Notes: generated from the sequence alone by a model not told the origin. A DNA stretch of 63,818 nt, filler included, from Octopus bimaculoides (GCF_001194135.2; 8 parts of 8 records of this genome joined end to end with filler, not necessarily neighbours in it); one strand, 5' to 3'; counted from the whole stretch's first letter, positions 39,792-53,110 are shown. A program made the numbers and translations.

Positions 39792-40222
39792 ACAAGGCGT
39801 GGCTGTGTGGCACGTTGCTTGCCTCCCAACCATAAGGTTTTCAGGATCAGTTACACCGTTTGGTATCTTAAGTCGGTGTCTTCCACTGTAGCCTCGGCTC
39901 GACCAGAGATTTGTGAGTGGATTTGGTAGAAGGAAATTAAAAGAAGCTAGTCCTATATATATATATATATATATATNNNNNNNNNNNNNNNNNNNNNNNN
40001 NNNNNNNNNNNNNNNNNNNNNNNNNNNNNNNNNNNNNNNNNNNNNNNNNNNNNNNNNNNNNNNNNNNNNNNNNNNNNNNNNNNNNNNNNNNNNNNNNNNN
40101 NNNNNNNNNNNNNNNNNNNNNNNNNNNNNNNNNNNNNNNNNNNNNNNNNNNNNNNNNNNNNNNNNNNNNNNNNNNNNNNNNNNNNNNNNNNNNNNNNNNN
40201 NNNNNNNNNNNNNNNNNNNNNN

Positions 40223-40264
<42 letters not shown>

Positions 40265-40480
40265 TGAGATTACGTATGTGCATATCTTTGTGTTTTTGTT
40301 TGTTCCCACCACCGCCTGACCATGCTGGTTTGTTTACATCTCTGCTGTTTAGCAGTTCGGCAAAATAAACCGATAAAATAAGTACCAGGCTTAGAAAATA
40401 AAGTACTGGAATCGACTAGACTTTTCAAGGTGTAGTTCCAGCATGGCTCAAATCATGTGACTGAAACAAGTAAAATAAAT
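39792..40480 (+). mobile_element. SINE family 2 spanning an N gap at its internal microsatellite
   Basis: 5-prime half 39792-39955, then (AT)n-gap-(GT)n, then 3-prime half 40290-40480 ending ACTGAAACAAGTAAAATAAA. Confidence 0.75.
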
Positions 40481-41665
40481 GAACATAGAACCAAACAAAT
40501 TATACGCTTTTTATTTTCTTGAATAAACATGTTTTGTTTTTCCAAAATCATTTTATTTAATTTACATAACTGATCCAATTAAATATTTTGAAATAAGAAA
40601 ACATTCTTCTAAAGAAAGTATGTGAAAGTGTAAAAATTTATATTTACATTTGTAATATGTATTTTTTTAAAACATATTCTACTAATTTGCATAATTCCTC
40701 CAGATATATTTTCTAATTACCAACTTTTTCTAATGTTTATAGATTACAATTTCACTGTCTACACCATAAACAAATTTCAAGAAGTCATATAACCTGTAAA
40801 CTCATTAGAAAGGTGTGCAGCCATGCAGGAATTCAGCTACCGGGAGTAAGCTGTAGCCTACAGCTTGAAGCCTGCATGGATTCACATTTATATATAATAA
40901 GATTATTGATGAGACTTTTTACAGTATTTCAGATGGAACTCTCTCATATACACTCGAAGTCATACCTATGTAACGATACATGACGGCTATAACCTATAAA
41001 TTTAATTTACAGGTTATAACGCCAGTATCCAAAGAAATTAATTTGGATATCTTCCACCGCCGACATTGGCACACAGGCTTGTACTTCATATAATACAAGT
41101 TGACTTTACAAATTCAATTGTCTCATATTCCAATATCTTCCTGATTAGCTTAGCAAACATTTTTGCCATCAAATATATTGTTTTTAAGCTGTTGTCTTGC
41201 GCAATAATATTGAATATTCATTGCAAAATGTTCTTTTTTTCGGCAATATTCATTCGACATTCTGTTCGAGTTTTATTTGAATAAATATGTTTGTGGTCAC
41301 AGATAGTAATTATTAACCTAATATCCTATATTACATCTTTAAGATACCACCAACAAAATAATGTATTATGCACTCTTAATTAGAAGTGAAATTGAAAATG
41401 ACGGTGCGAATTCGTTTTCCAATGTGGTTACTAGACAAGCTAGATATAACACATAAGTCACGCTCATGTGACACACTATAGTCTTAGATAATTTATGTAG
41501 CAAGTACGTCGATAGACAATGTGATGAAACTGAAGCAATATCGTCATAGCTGAGCCACTTTAGGAAGTGAAAATCAGAATTTTCTTAATTCATTTACAGT
41601 ATCACCAATCTTTGTGTGTATATATATATATTTCCACCTTGTTGCACATTTCATGTGCTTACTCC

Positions 41666-41709
<44 letters not shown>

Positions 41710-41712
<3 letters not shown>

Positions 41713-42585
41713 GGGCTGGACAAAATAATGCAAGCACCTAGCATCATAGCATCATAATTTTAAAATATCTATAAAACCGTCACAAGCTTGTTTATCTTTA
41801 TGTATTTTATTTATTTATTATTAGTTTTGCTTAATATGTTTTGATAAAATTGCCGTTTCTTTTCAGATATCATCAGAAAAAGGCAAATAAAATTCATTAA
41901 AATGACAGATCTATCAGACTTTCAAAGAGGTCAAATCGTTGGTGCTCCTATGGCAGACGCTAGCGTAATGAAAAACAGCCGAATTGTTTGGTATATCAAG
42001 AAGTACTGTCTCGAAAGTAATGGAAGCCTTTACTTTATTCCGAGAACCGGCCGAGTATATGCGTGGAGACAGCCAAAAGAAGCATTTGACCCAGACTGCC
42101 TTCTTCCAACTGTTAAACATGGAGGAGGATATGTGTTTATCTGGGGGCCTATAGTTTGGACATCTCCGTCATGGCAGAATTAATAGTCAAGACTATTTAA
42201 GCCTTTCATCAGATCAATTTCATCCTATGGTTGCAGAACTGTTTCCGAAGTGAAATGCAATCTTTCAGGATGATAATGCACCAATTCACACAGTTAAACT
42301 TGTTACTGAATGGCACGAGGAAAATTCTAGTAAAGTTGAACACCACAGTCCCCAGATCTCAATATTATTGAACATTTATGGTGCATTTTCGAAAAACAAG
42401 TAAAGAGTCGATATCCTCCACCATCAACACTACAAGAACTGGAGACTATTTTAGCAGAAGAATGGACAAAAATTGCATACCTCGTAGAATTCAAGCTGTA
42501 ATTTCTGCCAAGGGCGGTCCTACTCCATATAAAAATAAATTTGTTTGAAATATTAAGATGTGTCTGTTATTTTGTCCATCCCCTG
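41710..42585 (+). mobile_element. Internally deleted Tc1 (DD34E) element, family A
   Basis: TA|CAGGGGCTGGACAAAATAA ... TTATTTTGTCCATCCCCTG|TA; MTDLSDFQRGQIVG, LLPTVKHGGG, IFQDDNAPIHT, SPDLNIIEHLW. Confidence 0.92.
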
Positions 42586-42628
42586 TATGTGTATGAGTGT
42601 ATGTATGTATGTATGTGTGTATGTAATC

Positions 42629-43848
42629 TATTTATGTGGCTATTCGCAATTTAGAGCCGAAAAGCAACAATTATAATCGTCATTTTAGTGACGAAACAAT
42701 ATATATATATTGTATATGTATATATAATTTTATAATATATTTTAAAATGAGGTTTTTTTAATATATTTTTCTATTTATATATATATATATCAAATAATAA
42801 GCAACACGGATTTCAAAAGTGATTGCAGTACGCACGTTTCATGCTACTTCAATTTATTTAAGTAATGTGAGCATTACCTTNNNNNNNNNNNNNNNNNNNN
42901 NNNNNNNNNNNNNNNNNNNNNNNNNNNNNNNNNNNNNNNNNNNNNNNNNNNNNNNNNNNNNNNNNNNNNNNNNNNNNNNNNNNNNNNNNNNNNNNNNNNN
43001 NNNNNNNNNNNNNNNNNNNNNNNNNNNNNNNNNNNNNNNNNNNNNNNNNNNNNNNNNNNNNNNNNNNNNNNNNNNNNNNNNNNNNNNNNNNNNNNNNNNN
43101 NNNNNNNNNNNNNNNNNNNNNNNNNNNNNNNNNNNNNNNNNNNNNNNNNNNNNNNNNNNNNNNNNNNNNNNNNNNNNNNNNNNNNNNNNNNNNNNNNNNN
43201 NNNNNNNNNNNNNNNNNNNNNNNNNNNNNNNNNNNNNNNNNNNNNNNNNNNNNNNNNNNNNNNNNNNNNNNNNNNNNNNNNNNNNNNNNNNNNNNNNNNN
43301 NNNNNNNNNNNNNNNNNNNNNNNNNNNNNNNNNNNNNNNNNNNNNNNNNNNNNNNNNNNNNNNNNNNNNNNNNNNNNNNNNNNNNNNNNNNNNNNNNNNN
43401 NNNNNNNNNNNNNNNNNNNNNNNNNNNNNNNNNNNNNNNNNNNNNNNNNNNNNNNNNNNNNNNNNNNNNNNNNNNNNNNNNNNNNNNNNNNNNNNNNNNN
43501 NNNNNNNNNNNNNNNNNNNNNNNNNNNNNNNNNNNNNNNNNNNNNNNNNNNNNNNNNNNNNNNNNNNNNNNNNNNNNNNNNNNNNNNNNNNNNNNNNNNN
43601 NNNNNNNNNNNNNNNNNNNNNNNNNNNNNNNNNNNNNNNNNNNNNNNNNNNNNNNNNNNNNNNNNNNNNNNNNNNNNNNNNNNNNNNNNNNNNNNNNNNN
43701 NNNNNNNNNNNNNNNNNNNNNNNNNNNNNNNNNNNNNNNNNNNNNNNNNNNNNNNNNNNNNTATATATACACCCATATTGTCTCATCACTAAAGTGACGA
43801 CTATAATTGTTGCTTTTCGGTTGTAAATTGCGAATAGCCACCTAAATA
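42629..43848. mobile_element. TIR-bounded element (about 74-bp inverted arms), interior mostly unsequenced
   Basis: 42629-42702 and 43775-43848 are inverted copies (GTGGCTATTCGCAATTTA..CCGAAAAGCAACAATTATA.TCGTCA.TTTAGTGA); superfamily and TSD unclear. Confidence 0.7.
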
Positions 43849-43852
43849 ATTT

Positions 43853-43894
<42 letters not shown>

Positions 43895-45253
43895 ACATTC
43901 ACTCATACGCACACAATACTTAAACTCATACACACATATACATAAATATACATATATATACCGACACACACATATAATACACTCATCCACACATATATAT
44001 ATATACATACATACACAGACAGGCAAATACACAAATACACGCACACACACACATGTATATACATGCCTTTTAGAACCATATTAAATACGTTATTTTTTGT
44101 TCGGGTTATTTGATGTCGAATGTCTTTACCACATCCTTTATCAACTCATATTCTACCGTTTTACCTTTGTTACATCTCTTCTTTTTAAGCTAGGTTTTCT
44201 TTTTAAATCAACATACTCCACGTGGGATTTCAGCTGACCATTTCTGTGTCTTCCTAATAAATTTACCTCAGATCTTAATATTTTTGTATCTCCGTGTATT
44301 CTATTCCACCATGTTTCTTGCATCTCAATTCCCACTTGTGACGTCTTNNNNNNNNNNNNNNNNNNNNNNNNNNNNNNNNNNNNNNNNNNNNTTAATTAAT
44401 TAANNNNNNNNNNNNNNNNNNNNNNNNNNNNNNNNNNNNNNNNNNNNACACACACACACACACACACACACACACTTACATTAAAATATGAAATAATAAA
44501 AGATATGTTCAGAAAAAATAGACAAAGGACAGAGGAGTCAGGAAGTCATAAACTGAACAAACAAATATTTCACTAGTTATGGAATATAAAGGATGCCAAC
44601 AAATATAATGAGAAGACATAGCAAGAGGCTAATGACATTATTTAAAGGAGACAAGTATACTTAACAATGTTATAAAGTATCATTAAACAGAAGCTAAGAA
44701 GTTAAAGCTAAGTAGTAAGTCTTTGAAGCATATTAGACACACACACCCACACACGTATATATANNNNNNNNNNNNNNNNNNNNNNNNNNNNNNNNNNNNN
44801 NNNNNNNNNNNNNNNNNNNNNNNNNNNNNNNNNNNNNNNNNNNNNNNNNNNNNNNNNNNNNNNNNNNNNNNNNNNNNNNNNNNNNNNNNNNNNNNNNNNN
44901 NNNNNNNNNNNNNNNNNNNNNNNNNNNNNNNNNNNNNNNNNNNNNNNNNNNNNNNNNNNNNNNNNNNNNNNNNNNNNNNNNNNNNNNNNNNNNNNNNNNN
45001 NNNNNNNNNNNNNNNNNNNNNNNNNNNNNNNNNNNNNNNNNNNNNNNNNNNNNNNNNNNNNNNNNNNNNNNNNNNNNNNNNNNNNNNNNNNNNNNNNNNN
45101 NNNNNNNNNNNNNNNNNNNNNNNNNNNNNNNNNNNNNNNNNNNNNNNNNNNNNNNNNNNNNNNNNNNNNNNNNNNNNNNNNNNNNNNNNNNNNNNNNNNN
45201 NNNNNNNNNNNNNNNNNNNNNNNNNNNNNNNNNNNNNNNNNNNNNAATACATA

Positions 45254-46514
45254 TAGGGGTTGGACAAAATAATGGAAACAATTTAAAATTTAAAACAAAT
45301 TTATTTTAATATGGGGTGGGACAGCTTTTAGCAGTAATTACAGCTTGACTTCTACAAGGTATGGACTCGTACAAAGTTTGAATTGTTTCCAAAGGAATTT
45401 TTGTCCATTCTTCAGCTAAAACAGTCTCCAGTTCTTGCAGTGATGATGGTGGAGGATATCGACTCCTAACTTGTTTTTCTAAAATGCACCATAAATGTAC
45501 AATAATATTGAGATATGAGGACTGTGGTGGTCAGATAAGATGTTCAACTTCAGTAGAATGTTCCTCATGCCACTCAGTAACAACTTTAGCTGTATGAATT
45601 GGGTGAATTATCATCCTGAAAGATTTCATTTCCCTCCGGAAACAGTTCCACAACCATAGGATGAATTTGATCAGATAAAATATTTAAATAATCTTGACTA
45701 TTAATTCTGCCATGAAAGGAAACCATTGGACCAGTGGATTTCCAAGATATAGCCCCCACCCAGATCATCACAGATCCTCCTCCATGTTTAACAGTTGGAA
45801 GAAGGCAGTCTGGGTCAAATGCTTTTTTTTTACTGTCTCCACATGTATACTTGGCTGGTGGTTGGAAATGAGGTAAAGAAAATAATATTCTTCCTCTGCC
45901 CTAGGGACCAATTTTGTAGGTTTTTACTCCACTGTAAACGTTTTGCAATGTTTGTTTTTGAAAGTGGTGGTTTTCTGATTGCAACCCTCCCATGAAATTT
46001 GGCTTTGTGCAGCTCCCGGTGAACAGTTTTTGTGGAAACTGGGTTCTCAAGGTGATCATTAAGCTCTGCAGTAACTTTGGGAGCTGTACTTTTGTGATCC
46101 TTTCTAACAATTTACATAAGAATCCGATGGTCCCTATCTGAAATTTTTGGTTTCCTTCTGGAGTTTTGTTTTGATGAGGAGGTTTTTCTTTCCTTCTCAA
46201 AGGCTGTCATTACTTTCAAGGCAGTACTTCTTGATACACCAATCATTTCAGCTGTTTTCATTACACTAGCATCTGCCATACAAGCACCAACAATTTGACC
46301 TCTTTGAAAGTCTGATAGATCTGTCATTTTAATGAATTTTAATTACCTTCTTCTGATGATATCTGAAAAGAAACAGCAATTTTAGCAAAACATTAAGCAA
46401 CACTAATAATAAATCAAAAAACATAAAAATAAACAAGCTTTTGACAGCCTTATAGACATTTCAAAATTATGATACTATGATGCTAGGTGTTTCCATTAAT
46501 TTGTCCAACCCTTG
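45254..46514 (-). mobile_element. Near full-length Tc1 (DD34E) element, family A; transposase pseudogene 46327-45306
   Basis: TIRs AGGGGTTGGACAAAATAATGGAAACA at both ends with TA flanks; MTDLSDFQRGQIVG..VKHGGGSVMIW..FQDDN..LNIIVHLW..PTPY*; stops and frameshifts. Confidence 0.95.
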
Positions 46515-46534
46515 TACATTCAAACATATGCATG

Positions 46535-46565
<31 letters not shown>

Positions 46566-46711
46566 TGCTAGCTCCCACTGCAGATGCAACCATGTGCTGC
46601 CATCTGTCGGCGTACTATAGAACTAATATGGGAATTTTTTGATGCCACCTTGTCCATATCCCAGGGCCCCAATAATTACTTGTATGTATGCATGTATGTA
46701 TATATGTATTC

Positions 46712-46793
<82 letters not shown>

Positions 46794-46930
46794 ATCCTGT
46801 ATCAACCAGACTATGGGATGCTGTTATACACCACGGAGCTTCCTATAATTGTTATAACTTTCAAATGAGGCCAGTTCCTTTCAGGATTATCTGTTTAAAG
46901 TCTGGAAATTTTTTGATACCGCTTTGCATT

Positions 46931-47219
46931 ACATCATCATCATTTAACGTCCATTCTCCATGCTGGCAGGGGTTGGATGGTTTGACCAGGGCTGGAAAGC
47001 TGAGGGACTGCACCAAACTCCAGTCTGATTTGGCATGGTTTCTATGGCTGGATGCCCTTCCTAATGCTAACCACTCTGAGAACAACTACCTTACTTGAAA
47101 ACAGGTGAGAACTGGCGACAGGAGGAGGAGCATCCAATTGTAGAAAATCTGCCTTGAATAACTCCATCTGACCCATGCAAGCATAAAAAGTGAGCATTAA
47201 AAATGATAATGATGATGAT
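46931..47219. mobile_element. Two RTE-type tail repeats in inverted orientation (46931-47082 minus; 47101-47219 plus)
   Basis: Both carry the GGA.GG.CATCCA / CCCATGC.AGCAT motifs and outward-facing (GAT)n tails. Confidence 0.7.
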
Positions 47220-47696
47220 AAATAAATTTTTACTTTTAGTTGATATCAACCTACTAATATTTCTCCAACATATATATCAAAGCAATTTTATATGTCATTT
47301 GAAATAAGCAAGCCTGAGTTTATGCATCACTAAACAAAAACATTTAAAACGCCATCCATAATGAAATACTTTTGTGGTCATGTATTTTCTTTTAAATGTC
47401 TTGCCTGATTTGTTTTTTTATATTATTATTATCAAAAAAGCCTAATGCCATAAATTTTTCAGATTTCAAAGACTTCTCAAATCACTTAGCTTACCCATTA
47501 AAAAAATCAAAAACAATTAAAATTAAGTAAAAATAACTGCTGTTCATTCACATCTACATATACATCAGTTTGGTAATGTTAACATGGAAATGAAAAGATA
47601 TTGAGAATTCAGTATATACGAACAGACATATACTTCAATCTTTCATTCTACTATACATGCATAAACCTATTGGAAGAGGAATAGGTGTGGCTTTTA

Positions 47697-48063
47697 GGTG
47701 CAGGCATGGCTATGTGGTAAGAAGTTTGCTTCCCAACCATATGGTTCTGGATTCAGTTCTACAGCATGTCACCTTGGGAAAGTGTCTTCCATAGCCTTAG
47801 GCCAATCAAAGCCTTGTGAATAGATTTGGAAGATGGGAACTGAAACAAGCCCATCGTATGTGTGTGTGTGTGTGTGTGCATGCATGTATGCGTGTCTGTG
47901 TTTGTTCCCTAACACCACTTGACAACCATTGTTGGTTGTCCCCATAATTTAGCGGGTGAGCTAAAGAGACCAGGTTTAAAAAAAACAATTAAGTGCTGAG
48001 GTCAATGCAATTGACTAAAGCATGGCCACAGTCTAATGACTGAAACAGATAAAAGACCAAAGA
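47697..48063 (+). mobile_element. Full-length SINE family 2, CpG-decayed
   Basis: Head, internal (GT)n, 3-prime half to ACTGAAACAGATAAAAG; consensus CpGs appear as TG/CA. Confidence 0.8.
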
Positions 48064-48085
48064 TATATGTATGTATGTATAAGTA

Positions 48086-49316
48086 CACAGACATGACAGA
48101 AGTAAATAGACACACCATAAAACATCATTTCATGTTTATTCTAACTTGTAAAGGTTTATATTTTTTATTGATATTTTTATGTTTCAAGTACTGGATGCGA
48201 CTGTTTAATCATACCATGTACCAAAAAAGCCTTGGAACAGTCTGAATTTCAAAGAGGCCATATTGTAAAATTGCAGAAAACCTTGGGATCCCATTTTCTG
48301 CAGCTAATAGAGTGGTTGTGCAATTCACCAGAGAAGGGAAGGAATCCATATTACCTTTCCCAGATCAACCAGGGCCCTCTGACAGGACCCTTCTCTTTGT
48401 CAAGAGAAAATGGGGAGGATAATCCTTGTTGCAAGGCTTCTGACATAACAGAACATGTTGATGTCAGTCTCAGAACAACTGTCAGGTATCTCCACAAACT
48501 TGGTTACAATGGCAGAGCAGCAAGAAGGAAGCCACTTCTTTGACCAGCCAACATCAAGCAGAGAAAAGACTGGGCCAGTGAGATGATGGAGAGGCCACTA
48601 GCATTTTGGGACACAGTCATATTCTCTGATGAGTTCAGATTTGTTGCATTTTCTGACAGTGGTTGAGTGTGGATCTGAAGACTCTGTGATCATGAATTTG
48701 ATGTGAAAAGATTGCAGCCAACAATGAAACACAGCAGTTATTCTGTGATGGTCTGGGGAGCAATTTGGAGCAATGGTTGATCAGAGCTTGTGGAGTGTGA
48801 GGGAAACGTAAACTCAGATAAATATGTGCTCATATTGCAGAAAAGACTTCTTCCAATCTTTTCCAGTGGTGAAGTGATTAAAGAAGACTCTTTATTTATG
48901 ATTAAAGAAGACTTTTTATTGATCTGTCACACAGCTAAAATGACCCAAGATTTGTTGGATGAGAATGGCATTAAAAAGCTTCCATGGCCAAGCCAATTAC
49001 TAGATATGAACCCTATTGAACACCTCTGGGGCATAATGGACAGGACATTTCATTAAAAGAACAAGAAAGCATCTTCAAAGCCAGATCTTTTGAGATTACT
49101 GTATGAAACTTGGCAAGAAACTCTGCAAGAGAATATTCATCATCTGATCAGTAGCATGCCTAATAGGGTCCTTGCATTGAAAAATGCGAAGGGCATGTCT
49201 ACTAAGTATTAAATATTCACATTATAACAATTAATTAAGAATTTCAATGTATAATTTCAAATTTAAATAAATTCTAATGATTATAAGGGTGTCTATTTAT
49301 TTCTGTTACGTCTGTG
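48086..49316 (+). mobile_element. Tc1 (DD34E) element, family B; transposase pseudogene about 48216-49212
   Basis: TA|CACAGACATGACAGAAGTAAATAGACAC ... GTGTCTATTTATTTCTGTTACGTCTGTG|TA; [34 protein letters not shown]. Confidence 0.92.
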
Positions 49317-49592
49317 TACATATATATAATTATAAATAGAGAAATATAGAATGATAAAATTTATTTTATCAATGGATATTCACATTTAGCAACAATTGTT
49401 TCACAGCTTAACAAACATGTATAAATAATTCATTTTATTATATTTTATAATAAATGATAAATTATTTATATGTCTGTATTAATATATATACAATTTTAAA
49501 TTAATGCAGATATTAAACTTGCTAGTCAGATTAAAAGAATTCCATATTTAAAATTATATCACAACATAACATTTCAAAATGTGGAAAGTTAA

Positions 49593-49754
49593 CATGCCTA
49601 ATAGGGTCCTTGCATTGAAAAATGCAAAGGGCATGTCTACTAAATATTAAATATTCACATTATAGCAATTAATAAATAATTTGAATGTATGATTTCAGAT
49701 TTAAATAAATTTTAATGATTATAAGGGTGTCTATTTACTTCTGTCATGTGTGTG
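49593..49754 (+). mobile_element. Orphan duplicate of the Tc1 family-B right end
   Basis: Repeats 49155-49316 (CATGCCTAATAGGGTCC...TIR) and ends in TA. Confidence 0.85.
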
Positions 49755-49827
49755 TATGAGAGAGAGAGAGAAACAAAAATCATGATTCTTTCTGATCTTG
49801 GCTCTTTCTAATTTCTGAGTAAAAACG

Positions 49828-50014
49828 AGAATTTTGGCACTAGGCCAGCAGTTTTATTGGATATGGGCTGTCGGTTACATTCATCCTAATACTTTTTTAT
49901 TAACCTCAAAAAATAAAAGGTAAAATTCACATCGCTGGGATTTGAACCCAGAACGTAAAAAAAAGTGACTCCACAGTTTTTTCAATGCACTAATGATTCT
50001 GCCAGCTTGCTACC
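49828..50014 (-). mobile_element. Diverged SINE family 1 (tail type B)
   Basis: ATTTTGGCACTAGGCCAGCA..GGATTTGAACCCAGAACGTA..GATTCTGCCAGCTTGC. Confidence 0.65.
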
Positions 50015-50331
50015 AGGTAATAATGCATACACACACACATGCCTGCATGCACACATATGCATGCACGCATGCACGCACACACACATGCACACACACACAC
50101 ACACACATACACACACACACACACAAATTATCTATGGAAAAATGTGATAACATTTTAGAGCATGGAATTTATGATTTAAACATAATTGTAGAGTTGTTCC
50201 ACTAGAATTGTATAAGCCTGTTACTTAACATCATTAGATGCAATTTTATCTGCACATGCTCTCTCTCTCCCACTAGCTATCTGTCTGTATGTCTGTCTGT
50301 CTGTGTCTCTTTCTCTTGCTGCATATATTTT

Positions 50332-50644
50332 TTTATTCTTTTATTCTTTTATTTGTTTCAGCCATGCTGGACCACCACCTTTAGTCAAACAAATTGACCC
50401 CAGGACTTATTCTTTGTAAGCCTAGTACTTATACTATCGGCCTCTTATGCTGAACCGCTAAGTTACAGGGAAGTAAACAACACCAACATCAGTTGTCAAG
50501 CAAGGGTGGAGGGACAAACACAGACGCACAAAGATATACATACACACACAAGCACACACACACACACACACACATACACTGGGCTTCTTTCAATTTCCGT
50601 CAACCAAATCCCCTCACAAGGCTTTGGTCAGCCCGAGGCTATAG
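50332..50644 (-). mobile_element. SINE family 2, head lost in gap
   Basis: 3-prime half, internal (AC)n and GGGCTTCTTTCAATTTCCGTC..GGCTATAG up to the gap. Confidence 0.8.
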
Positions 50645-50797
50645 NNNNNNNNNNNNNNNNNNNNNNNNNNNNNNNNNNNNNNNNNNNNTTAATTAATTAA
50701 NNNNNNNNNNNNNNNNNNNNNNNNNNNNNNNNNNNNNNNNNNNNATTGTTAATTATTAATTCTATTATTAATTGACGATTCCCTGCCCTTATTCTTG

Positions 50798-50836
<39 letters not shown>

Positions 50837-51617
50837 AATATATAAAACACTACGCTCATTATTATATTAGGAGATAAAAATATCTATGAAAATATCTTCA
50901 TATTCAACTTAACGTGACCATTTTGTTAGTGCGCCGAATATTGTAGTAATAACCTTGAGGGGTCTTCTCATGTAGATTAAGCGTGTATTAAAGCACACAC
51001 ATGCATATTTGCAGACAAAAATCGTCGGTGACTGCATACTAGCCAGATCTCGCTGCTACGATATATAGAATTTCAATGTCTTTTCATTTCCTGATGTCGC
51101 AAATAGCCTGCATGCTTACTGGAATCACGTGATCTGTCAGTTCCAGCGTTCACAGCTGATGATTCTTGTCCGTTCCAATATAAGCCTGTGTTTTTTTTGT
51201 TTTTTTTCTAAAGTAGAGAACCTCTCAAGGCTAATACCGCAGTATTTGACGTTCTAACAAAGCATCAACATCATCCTGGAGAAACAGATTGTCTTTTTGT
51301 ACAAATACTGCTTCCGTCGCTAATAATCATGAAAATAATTCTGACATATCATCGAGATCCCCCATGCATGCTCAAACGAAAAATTAATTTGAATATTTTT
51401 AGTGGCGTGGCCCACTTGACGGTGATCCTTGTCTTATGCGGCCCGCTTCTAGAAAAATGTTGCCCATGCTTGATCTTGGCATTCATTAAGCTGTGTGGAA
51501 TATTATTCATATTTATTTCGTGAACATTAGAAAGATGATATTGAATTCCCTTTCTCCGCCGCTTTTCCTCTTCTCTCTATCTCACTCTCCTCTTTCTCTT
51601 TCTACCCTCTCTCTCTT

Positions 51618-51658
<41 letters not shown>

Positions 51659-51814
51659 TCTCTCTCTCTCGTTTTTTGAAGATTTGAAACGTGAAATACG
51701 AATTTCATAAACATGTGGAGGTGCTGGTTGTGTTCTTCTTGGTTACTGTATAATCGCGACAGCTTATCGAAGTAATTGGACGGAAGACGAAGAGTGTAGA
51801 AGTAGGAGAAAAGG

Positions 51815-51819
<5 letters not shown>

Positions 51820-51845
<26 letters not shown>

Positions 51846-52673
51846 GTAGTAGTAGTAGTAGTAAGAAGAAGAAGAAGATAATGGTGGTGGTGGTGGTGGT
51901 GGTGATGGTCGTCGTCGTCGTGGTGATGATGATGAGGGTGAAAAGCGATGAAGGAGGATGAAAATGAAGACCGAACGAAGAACAAAAAGGAAAAAGAAAG
52001 ATACTGTAGAAGAAGAAGAAGAAGAAGAAGATTGAGGATGGGGAAGAAAATGTCGAAGCTGGAAGAAGGAGAAAGAAAAGGCTATAATTGCGGGGAAAAT
52101 TAAGAAAACAAGATGAAAAGAAAAACAGTTATACATATTTTGTACTTTTATTTCTTGTTGGTTCGACTTTTATTGTTTTTTCTTTTGATTTTACTGATAA
52201 AACGAGAGAGGAGGAGGAGTAAAAAGGAAGAGGAAGAGGAGACAAGAAAAAGGTGAGCCTTAATAGCAAGAAGAAATGTGGGAGTGAGAGAGAGTAAAAC
52301 GATGCTGAGGAAGGGAAGAAGTCAATTTTGAAAGGATGGAAGAAGGAAATAAGGAGATTTCTTCTGCCGTGTTTATCTTCGATCAGAAAACATGTGGATA
52401 AACGTTCCTGACAATAAAGAGGCGCCATAATCACACCAAAAGGTCACATGATCTTGTAATGAACTTGTCCTTACAATTTGCGCAAATCAGCACGACTCGT
52501 TTGTTTATTGTGACCTTTCACGGCTTCCATATATTTCTTTCCTTTCACTTCTTCCTCTCGCACCTTGTTTCCCCACCATTTTCATCCGATCGACCGACCG
52601 ACCGACCAACCAGCCAACCAACCGATTTCTCTACATCAGTTTAGCTCGCATCTCAGCGTTTCCGTGTAATCAA

Positions 52674-52704
<31 letters not shown>

Positions 52705-52980
52705 TTCTTCTTCTTCTTCTTCTTCTTCTTCTTCTTCTTCTTCTTTGTTGCTCTCGTCCTCTTTCTCCTTTTTCTTGCCCTCCTCCTCCTCCTCCTCTTC
52801 TTCTTCTACTTCTTCCTCCTCTTCTTCCTTTCCCTCTTCCTCCAATTCTTCCTTTCCTTCTTCCTTTCCTTCTTCCTTTCCTTCCTCCTCATCATCCTCG
52901 TCATTGTCGTCGTCGTCATCATCATCCAACATCGTCGTCGTCATCATCTCCATCATCATCATCACCATCATCATCATCAT

Positions 52981-53045
<65 letters not shown>

Positions 53046-53052
53046 CTACCAT

Positions 53053-53110
<58 letters not shown>

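Noticed and set aside
52636-53109. Poly-Met/Asp/Glu acidic ORF
   Set aside because: Translation of (CAT)n, (CTT)n and (CCT)n tracts.
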